The translations under genes and the position numbers were made by a program. From positions 124,001 through 188,000 of IMG/VR virus record IMGVR_UViG_3300044213_000107: a stretch of 64,000 nt of DNA. One strand, written 5' to 3'. The notes beneath the pieces are model-generated. The model searched no databases. It was not told the DNA's origin and saw only the letters and a list, made by a program, of their open reading frames with translations. Of this stretch, positions 38,425 to 47,645 are shown piece after piece (within the stretch, counting starts at the first letter, position 1; the number at the start of each line of letters is the position of its first letter).

Positions 38425-38983
38425 TCAAGTTCATATGAACAACTACAAGATGTGCATATCCTACTGCATGTGCTTTTTTAAATACATAGCCATCTTCAGT
38501 TTTATCCCATATAGTTTTAGCCGCTTCTGTCCAAGGCAATCCAATTAAATGACGTTTACCCGGACGTATAATAGCTAAAAACATAGCCATGCGCGGTATA
38601 GTGTTTACTGCTTCAGGCATTTTTAGTAATGTATCATAGTGATTGCCAATATGTATCAGTTTACTGCAAAATTCAGGATCATATAGTTTATCCCATGCAG
38701 GCTCAGTGTTCATTAACTTGATTAAATGTTCTTCGTTCTTTATCTGTGTATATAATGACACATTTAAAAAGTCTAACTTTGTATAACCTAAATCTTCTGC
38801 ACGTTTGTAATCTATACTAGCCGCACCTAAAAATGGATCTGTGGCTATGTCTGTGGGATACACTCCAGTATTGTGTTTAATTAGCGCACCGTCACGCAAT
38901 ATACTCGCAGGAGTTAGATCAAGCAGTTCTATTGCTTGTGTTCTATCTCCAAAGTCTATGTCAATATCTGATTTAAATTTCAT
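38408..38983 (-). CDS. dnaE: Miniature DNA polymerase III alpha (DnaE) palm-like protein
   Basis: SDIDIDF, HNTGV, KLDFL, AIIRPG, YVFKKAHAVGY in 191 aa. Confidence 0.8.
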   Translation of the reverse strand: MKFKSDIDIDFGDRTQAIELLDLTPASILRDGALIKHNTGVYPTDIATDPFLGAASIDYKRAEDLGYTKLDFLNVSLYTQIKNEEHLIKLMNTEPAWDKLYDPEFCSKLIHIGNHYDTLLKMPEAVNTIPRMAMFLAIIRPGKRHLIGLPWTEAAKTIWDKTEDGYVFKKAHAVGYAHLVVVHMNLITSAS

Positions 38984-39221
38984 TTCCTGCCCATTTTAAT
39001 GCAAACATAGTTGAATAGCTTTCTTTATTCCCAAAAAAACGAAAATGTATTTCTTTTTTACCAGTCATGAATGTCCAGTCGTAATCGGTGTTTCGTTCTA
39101 ATCCCATATCCCTACACCACTGGCTCATTGCGATGGCTTCTCCCGCAGCGTCTCTTTGATTATTATATGGGACCACAATTAATTTCACAGGCCGGCCTTT
39201 GCCAAAATATCCTTGACCCAT
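38973..39221 (-). CDS. Hypothetical protein
   Basis: 82-aa ORF coupled to its neighbours. Confidence 0.6.
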   Translation of the reverse strand: MGQGYFGKGRPVKLIVVPYNNQRDAAGEAIAMSQWCRDMGLERNTDYDWTFMTGKKEIHFRFFGNKESYSTMFALKWAGNEI

Positions 39222-39895
39222 TCAGTGTCTGCTAGGTAATCTTGAAACTTCTTTTGCCAAAAGTCTGGATCTATGTATTTGATGATCATTCCAATCTGTG
39301 TTTCATCTAGTCGTTCAAGCAAATCCCTGCCACTGGCACAATTGAATATCACCCAAGGACTGATCCTGCCATTTACAATATGATGACAAATGCGATTTGT
39401 GTTACCAAATCTAAAATAGTCCCGAAAACCGTTTCGTAGATCTGGATGTGCGTCTGCATAATCCTGCATTTCTTTTAGTGCTCGTTCTAATGCATCTTGT
39501 ACCGATTCTCGTTTGAGGTATTCAAATAACCACTCATCATACAAACTATCTTTACACCAATAGTCTAGTTTTTTATTATTCTTCAATAACCAATCTGCAA
39601 AACTTGAAAAGTTAATGCAACGTATACTAACACAATACCTGCCAAACTTAACAAACGCATTATAGTAAGGACTTGCCGCAAAATCTGTATAGCTCTTTAG
39701 TTTTGCCGATCCTTGAGTAACTTCGTAAAATCGCAGATATGATCTTAATCCAAACTGTACGCCAGTTTCATTTTCCTGTTGCCAACGACGTTTTTGCTCG
39801 CAGAGATGCGCACTAAGTGTAGATTCCCGGCCGTATTCTTTTTCGCAGTATTTACACTTATAACTCTTTTTTAATTCGTTCGTCTGTGAATCCAT
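39185..39895 (-). CDS. C2H2-type zinc-finger protein
   Basis: YKCKYCEKEY..ESTLSAHLC; start reset to MDSQT. Confidence 0.7.
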   Translation of the reverse strand: MDSQTNELKKSYKCKYCEKEYGRESTLSAHLCEQKRRWQQENETGVQFGLRSYLRFYEVTQGSAKLKSYTDFAASPYYNAFVKFGRYCVSIRCINFSSFADWLLKNNKKLDYWCKDSLYDEWLFEYLKRESVQDALERALKEMQDYADAHPDLRNGFRDYFRFGNTNRICHHIVNGRISPWVIFNCASGRDLLERLDETQIGMIIKYIDPDFWQKKFQDYLADTEWVKDILAKAGL

Positions 39896-40340
39896 GTTCT
39901 CTAGCCAACTGCTTAAGACTGCTTGTATCGTTGAGTTCTCGGAGTAAGTCAATTTCGTCTTCTTTTAAATGTGGATAAATTTCTCGTAAAAACTTTGAAG
40001 CTTTGCTGTCACTGCCTTCTTTCTTTTTCATACCAATCCATTTATGGTATTGTTTTCCGAGCCCGGGACTTACTGTTGTTGCCGATAACCATTGTAGTTT
40101 AGGATGCTTTGCAATAGCAAAAAAGTTTTTGTTTAATTGTTCATTGGTGCACATAAGATAATATTCCTGCAAATCAATCTTGCCTTGCACACTACTGCCC
40201 CACCGTATCATAAGATAGTTGCTGAACTTTTTCTTTTCTTCGTCAGTTAAGCTATCATAAAAGTCTCTGTTCTTACGATCAAACTGCAACATTTCATTGG
40301 CTATGTTTAGTTTGTCCGATTTATCTATACTGGATGCCAT
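39858..40340 (-). CDS. Clamp-loader small subunit (T4 gp62-like), tentative
   Basis: FYDSLTDEEKK.FSNYLMIRW.S...N..F...HPKLQW pattern. Confidence 0.55.
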   Translation of the reverse strand: MASSIDKSDKLNIANEMLQFDRKNRDFYDSLTDEEKKKFSNYLMIRWGSSVQGKIDLQEYYLMCTNEQLNKNFFAIAKHPKLQWLSATTVSPGLGKQYHKWIGMKKKEGSDSKASKFLREIYPHLKEDEIDLLRELNDTSSLKQLAREHGFTDERIKKEL

Positions 40341-40651
40341 AACAATCCTTTTTTGTCATCATTGTTATTTTCTTTGCTTAAATGATATACTATTATAGCA
40401 CGTTCTAGTGCATCTTGTACAGCAGGATTTGTCCGGGCTTCTCGACGTATATCGGCCCATAGTTGATCTTCTTTCATCCTTTTAAGCCGATCTTCTGCAG
40501 GTTCATCTATGGGCCGGCGGTGCCCGTTAATGGGATTGTAGTCCCAGCCTATTGCAACTCTAGTGTTGGGATCTGCACCCATTTCACGTGCATAAGTTAC
40601 GTCACCATCTCGTTCATATATGTATGTTGCGCCTGGTTTAAGTTGACTCAT
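40325..40651 (-). CDS. Hypothetical protein
   Basis: 108 aa, LKPGATYIYER. Confidence 0.7.
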   Translation of the reverse strand: MSQLKPGATYIYERDGDVTYAREMGADPNTRVAIGWDYNPINGHRRPIDEPAEDRLKRMKEDQLWADIRREARTNPAVQDALERAIIVYHLSKENNNDDKKGLLWHPV

Positions 40652-40652
40652 A

Positions 40653-41159
40653 TTACCATGCCTTTGAATAATCTATAACCTCACTGTGTCGACTGATATC
40701 TTTTATAAAATACGCACACAAGGGTTTTTCTACTCCGGATTCTAACGGCACCGCCAGTAATTGCCCGGGTTTGAGTTTGGGGAAATACCATTTTACATCT
40801 GAGTAAATGTCTGTGATTTCTACTTTTAAAAATTCTGGCCTAAAACTTGATAGTGGATTAAAACAAAATACACTAAATCCACGGTCATTAATACTGGTAA
40901 GTGGAACTACTTCTAGGTCTCCGAGATCAGGTTCTCCAATCAGCACACTCCAATCCACTGGCATATTGATTGTGTGTTCTCCGACTTTTAATACTAGCGC
41001 CGGACTGTTAAACGACTCTAAAAATATAAGAGGAATGTAAAAGTAATCGGGATTTTTAGGATCGCTGTTATCAAGAACAGCAAATCTCATGTCATCTATT
41101 TCTTCTGGGATGTCGTTTAACTCATACGCACTGTTGTTATCTAGTGTTAATATTCTCAT
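40653..41159 (-). CDS. Conserved hypothetical protein
   Basis: 168 aa, YFYIPLIFLESF. Confidence 0.75.
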   Translation of the reverse strand: MRILTLDNNSAYELNDIPEEIDDMRFAVLDNSDPKNPDYFYIPLIFLESFNSPALVLKVGEHTINMPVDWSVLIGEPDLGDLEVVPLTSINDRGFSVFCFNPLSSFRPEFLKVEITDIYSDVKWYFPKLKPGQLLAVPLESGVEKPLCAYFIKDISRHSEVIDYSKAW

Positions 41160-41770
41160 TTTAATATTTCTTCTTTTAATATTTTTGCTGCCAATTCTTG
41201 TGTGGCTGTGTCTGTGTGAAAACTTGGGAAATCAATATTATTTCCGTTAACAAAAAATTCATAATATATGCAAAAATCTCTTGGCAGTACTTTATACCTA
41301 ATATTATTTTTTTCTATTTGATTAGTCCAATAACCAATTAACCAATTATTTTTTATTTCATCTATTTCTTGTATATGTATATGACTGATATACATTTTCA
41401 TAGCATCAACAACTTGATTAGACAGTTTAAATTCAGTTTTTCTATCTAATAGACTTACAATATTCCTAGAAATAAAATGCTTATCTTTGCCTGGTCTAAA
41501 ATTCTTTAATGATATATCAGATGATAATTGAAAAGGTGATGAAGCAGGATCTATAATTTCTACCCTGGGACCGTGTGTTGGCCCTATTATGATATAATCA
41601 ACTTTTTGTAGAATTGCTTCTTCAATTTGCAGGCAAATGTCAAATGTGCTGACCCCAGGTAATGCTAAATTTATTATATCAAATTGATTTGTCAATAATT
41701 CACTGAAATGTTTCCCAGGAAGGCGATGGTCAACAGCCATAAAACTATCGCCACATACTGCTATTTTCAT
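41156..41770 (-). CDS. SGNH/GDSL-like protein
   Basis: IAVCGDSF, NLALPG, C-terminal FH. Confidence 0.6.
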   Translation of the reverse strand: MKIAVCGDSFMAVDHRLPGKHFSELLTNQFDIINLALPGVSTFDICLQIEEAILQKVDYIIIGPTHGPRVEIIDPASSPFQLSSDISLKNFRPGKDKHFISRNIVSLLDRKTEFKLSNQVVDAMKMYISHIHIQEIDEIKNNWLIGYWTNQIEKNNIRYKVLPRDFCIYYEFFVNGNNIDFPSFHTDTATQELAAKILKEEILK

Positions 41771-42373
41771 TTATTTTATTCTCCAGGTTGTGTAATACGC
41801 AAATCTTTTTTTTCGGTCTAATGGAGTTGGGTCAAATACACTAGTAATATCAAAATCTCCAATTTTTTCGTAGCCCAGGCTATCCATTGCAAAGTTAAGA
41901 TGATTTTGACCATATGACATAACTATATTAGAAGTTTTATAATCACTGTATCTCATACCAGGGCCATTTGGTAGTTCATAAGCTGCAATTATTCGGTCTT
42001 CTGAGTCAATACCTAAAAGATTTTCTAATAAAATATACTTTGGTTTTATAAAATTTACAACATGTTCTATGATATTCAGCGGAGATGGACTATGGTATAA
42101 AATACCATAAAGTACTACCGCATCAAATTCTCCCACAGAATTTAAACAATGGTTAAAATCATCTACTATAACATTAACAGTGGGAAAATTATTTTTTAAT
42201 CGTTGAGCAGCATCACGATTTAATTCAATTACCGTTAGATTATTGGTATATTTTAATATATGTTTTGTAAAAGCACCTTCAAATGGACCGAGTTCCAACA
42301 CTTTTAAATCAGTTAAAATAGGGAAATTTCTTTCGCTGATGACTCGAAAACGTTCTATATCATCTTGTTGCAT
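41771..42373 (-). CDS. Class I SAM-dependent methyltransferase
   Basis: VLELGPFEG, FDAVVLYGILYH..P. Confidence 0.85.
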   Translation of the reverse strand: MQQDDIERFRVISERNFPILTDLKVLELGPFEGAFTKHILKYTNNLTVIELNRDAAQRLKNNFPTVNVIVDDFNHCLNSVGEFDAVVLYGILYHSPSPLNIIEHVVNFIKPKYILLENLLGIDSEDRIIAAYELPNGPGMRYSDYKTSNIVMSYGQNHLNFAMDSLGYEKIGDFDITSVFDPTPLDRKKRFAYYTTWRIK

Positions 42374-42383
42374 AATATTGTTC

Positions 42384-43841
42384 TCATTGCCACTCGGCTT
42401 TTTCTACAGTAAACGGATATTCGGCTTCCGTATAAAATTTCTTGCGTGCAGTCAGATGTCTCTTCGCAAATTTGCAAGTACTTGTGATATCCCAGATTTG
42501 TACAAAGTCCTTGTCCTCCGCTTTCCTAATACCTCGCCCAATTGATTGTATAACCCTGACAAAGCTTTTTCCGGGCTCCACAAGAACCAAATTAAAAATC
42601 CTAGGGATATTAATACCCACAGCGGCCACACCATAAGTCGCCACAATAATCTTATCAGATGACACTGCCACTTCGTCATATTCTTCCTTTCGATCTTTTG
42701 CTTTAGTTGAACCACTTACAAATACTGCTCGATCACCCAGGCGTTCTACTAATAACTTTCCTGTAGCAATACGATCCACCAGAACAAGCGTGTTGCCAGT
42801 TTCATTTACACGGGTGATTAGATTACGCATATAATCTAGTCTGCCATCGGTTTCTAGTAGGTATTTTAATTCTGTTTGATAGTCTCGATATTCAACGTGA
42901 TCGACTAATTGTACTATATTTACATGGCAGTTAGCAAGATGGCCGGCATCCTGAAGATCACTAGCACTTAGTTTTCCCACTACCGGGCCAAGGCTACAAA
43001 ATATACTAACTCGAGCATATTCTTCTTTGGGAATAGTTCCTGTTAGTCCCCAACGTATTGGCACGTGGGCGAACACTCCGGTAAGCAAAACTTTTAATGC
43101 ATCTGCCTTGGCCATGTGCACTTCATCAACAATAACACAAACCACATCTTCAATAAAGTCCCCGATAGTAACATCTGCTTCGTAGTTCTTTGTATTTTTT
43201 AATAATACATTTAGGCTTTGCCAAGTACATATTGTATGAGTATGCCCAAACTCTTTACGGTCTCCGAAATAAACACCGGTGTCAAGACCTAGATTACGAT
43301 AGTCATCTTCAGTTTGTGTTACTAGACTTTTGTTTGGTACGATAACAATGCTACGCCCATATGTTTCTACGCTCCTACTCAGTGCTGCCGTCATAATTGT
43401 TTTACCTGCACCTGTGGCAACTTCCTGGAGGCTCTGGGGATTAGTAAAAAAGTTATTTAGAATAGGAACTTGGTAATCCCTGAGCCAAATAGGTTCCCCG
43501 GCTCGGGGGTGCCCTTTAGGCCAAGTACGGTCAGCAAACATATCTTCTGAGGCTTCAGGGAATTCAAATTTGGTAGAGTATTCACGTAGGTCCTCTACTT
43601 CAATGTCGTAGCCTTCGCTGTCTAGAAAAGTGAGAATGTCCGGGAGTAAGTTAATGTAGGTACTACCACCAAGTTGAAAGAACGCAACTTTACCATCCCA
43701 ACGTCCTAATCGCACACTTGGCTGATATCGCGCTCCAGGGATTTCGTACTTGAATTTGTCCACTAGTTTTTTTCTAGTTGACAATTCTAAGCCTTCTATC
43801 TTTACGTTTACTTCATCTCGTATAATTAGTTTTGCAGTCAT
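42384..43841 (-). CDS. uvsW: SF2 DNA helicase, UvsW-like
   Basis: LRDYQ, ATGAGKT, IVDEVH, GLTGT, ATYGVAAVGINIP, QSIGRGIR. Confidence 0.9.
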   Translation of the reverse strand: MTAKLIIRDEVNVKIEGLELSTRKKLVDKFKYEIPGARYQPSVRLGRWDGKVAFFQLGGSTYINLLPDILTFLDSEGYDIEVEDLREYSTKFEFPEASEDMFADRTWPKGHPRAGEPIWLRDYQVPILNNFFTNPQSLQEVATGAGKTIMTAALSRSVETYGRSIVIVPNKSLVTQTEDDYRNLGLDTGVYFGDRKEFGHTHTICTWQSLNVLLKNTKNYEADVTIGDFIEDVVCVIVDEVHMAKADALKVLLTGVFAHVPIRWGLTGTIPKEEYARVSIFCSLGPVVGKLSASDLQDAGHLANCHVNIVQLVDHVEYRDYQTELKYLLETDGRLDYMRNLITRVNETGNTLVLVDRIATGKLLVERLGDRAVFVSGSTKAKDRKEEYDEVAVSSDKIIVATYGVAAVGINIPRIFNLVLVEPGKSFVRVIQSIGRGIRKAEDKDFVQIWDITSTCKFAKRHLTARKKFYTEAEYPFTVEKAEWQ

Positions 43842-43847
43842 TGATTA

Positions 43848-45008
43848 TTATTTTTTCTTACTAGTATACACATCTTCTGCAAAGAATACAACCTTCTCGG
43901 CACGTTGGAGTAGCAGAGATTTTTCGCCGCCAAACATCATTCCTTGTGTGCTTACCAGCAACGGTATTGTATTTTCCATGTTTACATTATACTTATTCAT
44001 AAACACCAGCTTTTTTTCACCTTTTGGTAAAAATTCTACGACGTCTTTACCCATTCCTGCATCAATAATTTGATCCTGCGGCAACAACGACAATACTGTT
44101 TTCTTAAATGAATCTCTCAGGCTAGGATCATATACATAAATTGGCCAACGGTCAGTAAGGTCAGCATACTCTACGATTTCTTCTAACACAATATTTTCAA
44201 TTTTTGATTTTGTCTTTATATGTCTGTCTACTAGATATCCACTTAGAGATCTGCGTTCTGTTTCTATAGCGTTGTAGATTTCACTGCTAACTGTATAACC
44301 TAGCACACTTGAGTAATCCACTAAACGATATAGATTATCATGAGCAAATCCACCAAGATATTCGTTGATGTATTCGGTCATTGTCACAGGTGCATTTGTA
44401 ATCACACAACCTTGATCTGTTAACTGTAACTCAATTGCATACGGTTCTGCTTCTGCGGTCTGTACTAGTTTATACAAATCCAGAACTTCTTGATCTATAG
44501 TAAACCCATGTCTTTGTGCAATGTCAACAGCAATTATAAGTATAGGTTCTGTTAGGCCAGCAAGCCAGACCTTAAGATTACTGTTCCATTTTAGTGTTCC
44601 ATTTGCTATTTTAGCTGCTTCTTTAAGATCTGTGATTATTTGGTTATTGTAGGAAAATCGTAGATGTAAAAAATTATCTTTTAAGTACAGACTGCGAGTA
44701 CGATCTATTTCCCTGAGTGGCAATCTGTATATTGGACGATTAACAGGTTCAACATCTATGCCTTTTTTTGCCAATTGACGACTATATTTTAATAAAATCT
44801 TGCAGGTTAATTCAGCTTGTCGATCAGTTAGTGGTTGATTGGCTATGGTAGTTTGAGAAACCGTATCGACAAAATTAACATCGTACCTGGCTAGGTTAAC
44901 GATCGGTTCACTGGCAAACATCCATCCCGATTTAACATTGCCCGATACTACGTCCCTGAGTCCGGCTAATACTTCTAAATACTCTTCAACAGTACTAAAT
45001 TGTTTCAT
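43848..45008 (-). CDS. Hypothetical protein (leaderless)
   Basis: 386-aa ORF; TTGACT...TAATAT promoter immediately upstream and no SD. Confidence 0.75.
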   Translation of the reverse strand: MKQFSTVEEYLEVLAGLRDVVSGNVKSGWMFASEPIVNLARYDVNFVDTVSQTTIANQPLTDRQAELTCKILLKYSRQLAKKGIDVEPVNRPIYRLPLREIDRTRSLYLKDNFLHLRFSYNNQIITDLKEAAKIANGTLKWNSNLKVWLAGLTEPILIIAVDIAQRHGFTIDQEVLDLYKLVQTAEAEPYAIELQLTDQGCVITNAPVTMTEYINEYLGGFAHDNLYRLVDYSSVLGYTVSSEIYNAIETERRSLSGYLVDRHIKTKSKIENIVLEEIVEYADLTDRWPIYVYDPSLRDSFKKTVLSLLPQDQIIDAGMGKDVVEFLPKGEKKLVFMNKYNVNMENTIPLLVSTQGMMFGGEKSLLLQRAEKVVFFAEDVYTSKKK

Positions 45009-45042
45009 AGGTGTATATTAACACATTTGTTAAATGCAAGTC

Positions 45043-45068
45043 AAAAAAATCCCTGCCGAAGCAGGGAT
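45043..45068 (-). terminator. Intrinsic terminator with UUCG loop
   Basis: ATCCCTGC-TTCG-GCAGGGAT-TTTTTT. Confidence 0.9.
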
Positions 45069-45071
45069 AAA

Positions 45072-45112
45072 ATATCGCCCAAAGAAAGGAGCTAGAAAAA
45101 CACGGGCGATAT
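45072..45112 (-). ncRNA. Hairpin with an anti-Shine-Dalgarno loop; candidate 3'-UTR sRNA
   Basis: AUAUCGCCC-GUGUUUUUCUAGCUCCUUUCUUU-GGGCGAUAU. Confidence 0.45.
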
Positions 45113-45117
45113 AAAAA

Positions 45118-46149
45118 TTATACTTTCATACAGGTTGTTTGAGCCATTAGTTTCCATTTAATTGGAAAGCTCTTACGCAATTGTGCAACCTTGATTGCCA
45201 TGCGCAAACTCATTTCACGCAATTTATTTTGATTGACTTCCATAAACTCAATCACTTCATCTTGTGCAATCTGCTCTAGGTCCATGTCTGCAAACAATGC
45301 ACCGTCTTGCGCAATCTGCTTGATACGCAAAATCTTATCACGCATTGTATCCAATGTCAAATCAAGATAGTGACAACGGCTTTGTAACGCATCTAAATGA
45401 TCACGAAGTTTTTGACTCTTGAGTCCATCAAACTTGAGATTAGTGATAAAAATCACACTTCCTTTAAACTCAAAACTATCAGGGATGCCTTCTCTACGCA
45501 GGGTAGAGCTTTCTGACAACCAACTAATTTTGCGTTTCTTACCAGAGTCCAATGCACCTTTAAGCAAGTTAAGTGACACGTCATCTAATAAAATGCTATC
45601 ACAGTCGTCAAACACAACTACACAATTGGGATCCGAATACTTGTACAAAGTTTGATACAAACCAATCGGTGTAGCACTACCTTTAACAACTTCTGCACGT
45701 AAACGCTTGCCAGCAATTTGGTCAAACAAACATGCTTTCTCGATGATTTGCTCTACACCAAAACTCTTACCTACTCCAGGAGGACCCGACACAATCATAG
45801 CACGAATTTCGCCATTGGTTGCGGCTTTTGTCATTTCGTCTAGGATCTCAAAACGCTCACGGATACGTGCAATAACTTCTTCGTCGGTTTCAACAGGAGC
45901 AGCCGTATGTGTAGGAGCAACTGCGACTGACGCAGGTACATCGGCACCAGCGACAAACTCATAGTCTGCAGGACTAGAAACTTTAACACGAATCTGCTCA
46001 GGAAAGCCCGGAAAGATACCGCCATTCATAACAGTAACATATCCACCTTTGGCAGTAGATTTGTACTGCTCAACAAGTTGGAATACTAACCCGGAAACAT
46101 CTGTTGTGCGATATGCACCTGAAGTAATACGAATAAATGCGTTTGACAT
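45118..46149 (-). CDS. AAA-family ATPase
   Basis: SGPPGVGKS, VFDDCD, FITN, ALQSR; start reset to MSNAF (AGGAG RBS). Confidence 0.88.
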   Translation of the reverse strand: MSNAFIRITSGAYRTTDVSGLVFQLVEQYKSTAKGGYVTVMNGGIFPGFPEQIRVKVSSPADYEFVAGADVPASVAVAPTHTAAPVETDEEVIARIRERFEILDEMTKAATNGEIRAMIVSGPPGVGKSFGVEQIIEKACLFDQIAGKRLRAEVVKGSATPIGLYQTLYKYSDPNCVVVFDDCDSILLDDVSLNLLKGALDSGKKRKISWLSESSTLRREGIPDSFEFKGSVIFITNLKFDGLKSQKLRDHLDALQSRCHYLDLTLDTMRDKILRIKQIAQDGALFADMDLEQIAQDEVIEFMEVNQNKLREMSLRMAIKVAQLRKSFPIKWKLMAQTTCMKV

Positions 46150-46242
46150 TTCAGCTCCTGTTTTGTTTAATATGTGTATATTATAACATGATTTAAAAAC
46201 CCGAGCAAGCATCGGGTTTTTGAGTGTTGCATTTTTGCAACA
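46150..46242 (-). promoter_or_regulatory. Early regulatory cassette, copy A (palindrome, terminator, sigma70 promoter, leader)
   Basis: TGTTG-N8-CAACA 46225-46242; hairpin 46195-46221; TTGCTC-17-TATAAT. Confidence 0.85.
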
Positions 46243-46455
46243 TTATTTTTCTGTGGGTTTTTCAGTTTCTAGCGTAAAAAGTACCAATTTGTAAAGGTAA
46301 AAAATAACCAGGCCCAGAAAAAAATTGTTTACAAGGTGGTGCATTGTTTCCGGGGAAACATTATCCGTTATAAAATTAAGAATGTATGCTACCGCTGTAA
46401 GTAGAATTAACATTCCTGCAGTGATAATTGCGGCTTTAAGTTTAAGGTTTCTCAT
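46243..46455 (-). CDS. Small 2-TM membrane protein
   Basis: Two hydrophobic helices; GGAG RBS; TTGCCC-17-TATAAT promoter upstream. Confidence 0.7.
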   Translation of the reverse strand: MRNLKLKAAIITAGMLILLTAVAYILNFITDNVSPETMHHLVNNFFLGLVIFYLYKLVLFTLETEKPTEK

Positions 46456-46530
46456 GTGGTTCTCCAAAGTTAAGTATGATTTAATTCCTGTACGTGTATT
46501 ATAGCAAAATGCCCATTGCAGGGCAAATTG

Positions 46531-46911
46531 TTATACTTCTAAGTTGTAGTCTTTTCGCAACACTTCTAGGCATTGCTCGCGGGTGCGCTTGGTTACAACA
46601 ACTTTTCCACCAAAAAATCCCACGTAAAGATTACGGTGCTCAACAAACTTCACTTCGCCATCTGCGCCTGTGTGTTTTTGACGCACAGGCGCTTTTTTGA
46701 CTGCAGCTTTGGCTTGTGGGATTTTTGCAACTTTTTCCATGGGTTTGGAAGGTAATACTTTGGTATTAGTTTTTGTTTCAGTTTTGAACCCGTGTTTTTT
46801 GTCGTACTTGGCAATAAATGCTTCGTCTTTGCCCCATGTTGCCAAAAGACGACGAACTTCAGTACCGGGCAGTTGATTCCAATGAATAACAGGGTCTGTC
46901 CAATTTGTCAT
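46531..46911 (-). CDS. Basic early protein
   Basis: 126 aa with a strong RBS and promoter. Confidence 0.75.
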   Translation of the reverse strand: MTNWTDPVIHWNQLPGTEVRRLLATWGKDEAFIAKYDKKHGFKTETKTNTKVLPSKPMEKVAKIPQAKAAVKKAPVRQKHTGADGEVKFVEHRNLYVGFFGGKVVVTKRTREQCLEVLRKDYNLEV

Positions 46912-47004
46912 TTAGGGCTCCTTTTTGTTTCGTATGTGTGTATTATAGCACCAGAAAGAAACCCGCACAATCTGCGGGTTTTTGAGTGTTGTTTTTAGAC
47001 AACA
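46912..47004 (-). promoter_or_regulatory. Early regulatory cassette, copy B
   Basis: TGTTG-N8-CAACA 46987-47004; hairpin; TTGTGC-17-TATAAT. Confidence 0.85.
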
Positions 47005-47005
47005 A

Positions 47006-47227
47006 TTAAAATTTGTTATCCATGTCTATTTTATAGACTTTGGCTAACGCGGCCGTTAACTGTCGATAATTTTCTTGAGCCGCTCGATACCCATCGTCGT
47101 ATCCTTCTTGGTATCGTGGGTCAGTGGTTAATTTTTCCTCGTCTTCGTTTAGACTTCGAAGTAGTGCACGGAGTTGTCCTGCTCCGCCTCGAGGCATTTG
47201 TGGAAAATTATTACTATCAAGGGACAT
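47006..47227 (-). CDS. Hypothetical protein
   Basis: 73 aa with an AGGAG RBS. Confidence 0.65.
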   Translation of the reverse strand: MSLDSNNFPQMPRGGAGQLRALLRSLNEDEEKLTTDPRYQEGYDDGYRAAQENYRQLTAALAKVYKIDMDNKF

Positions 47228-47465
47228 TTTTAATCTCCTCTACACGTATGCCTTTCATTATAAGCAGAATGGCTTCTTGCTCATCAACAATGCGTTCCTT
47301 TTGGAATTTTTTAGCATTTAAAATAATTACACGGTGAGTGATATCTCCGTTAATGTCCGTTTCTTTTTTGTGAACAATAAAACGTTCTTCATTGTCGTGT
47401 TTTATTTCACAATCGGGGTCATTACGGTATCGATTCCTGTCATCAACAACTCGATATTGTTTCAT
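47217..47465 (-). CDS. Hypothetical protein
   Basis: Start reset to MKQYR (AAAGGA RBS). Confidence 0.6.
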   Translation of the reverse strand: MKQYRVVDDRNRYRNDPDCEIKHDNEERFIVHKKETDINGDITHRVIILNAKKFQKERIVDEQEAILLIMKGIRVEEIKNVP

Positions 47466-47489
47466 TTTGAAACATCCTTTTATAAATGT

Positions 47490-47635
47490 TGCTGATTTGC
47501 CGTTGATCTTGTACCGGCCTATCCGGCCAAGACCTACCATTGATACGATCGCTGGACTCGCTGTATGTTCGCATCTGACATTGCATCAGGGGCCAGCGAG
47601 TGACTCCAATCAGCCTGGAGTTATTTGTATTATTT
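47490..47635. ncRNA. Candidate structured RNA in a GC-richer intergenic gap
   Basis: ctcgctg/cagcgag stem enclosing atg-ttcg-cat and ctga-cattgca-tcag hairpins; flanking hairpins. Confidence 0.35.
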
Positions 47636-47645
47636 GCTACTTTTA

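Noticed and set aside
47550-47612. tRNA or hammerhead ribozyme
   Set aside because: GTTCG is present but there is no cloverleaf, D-arm or CCA; the minus strand has CUGAUGC/GAAC rather than the CUGAUGA/GAAA core. Kept only as a generic structured-RNA candidate.
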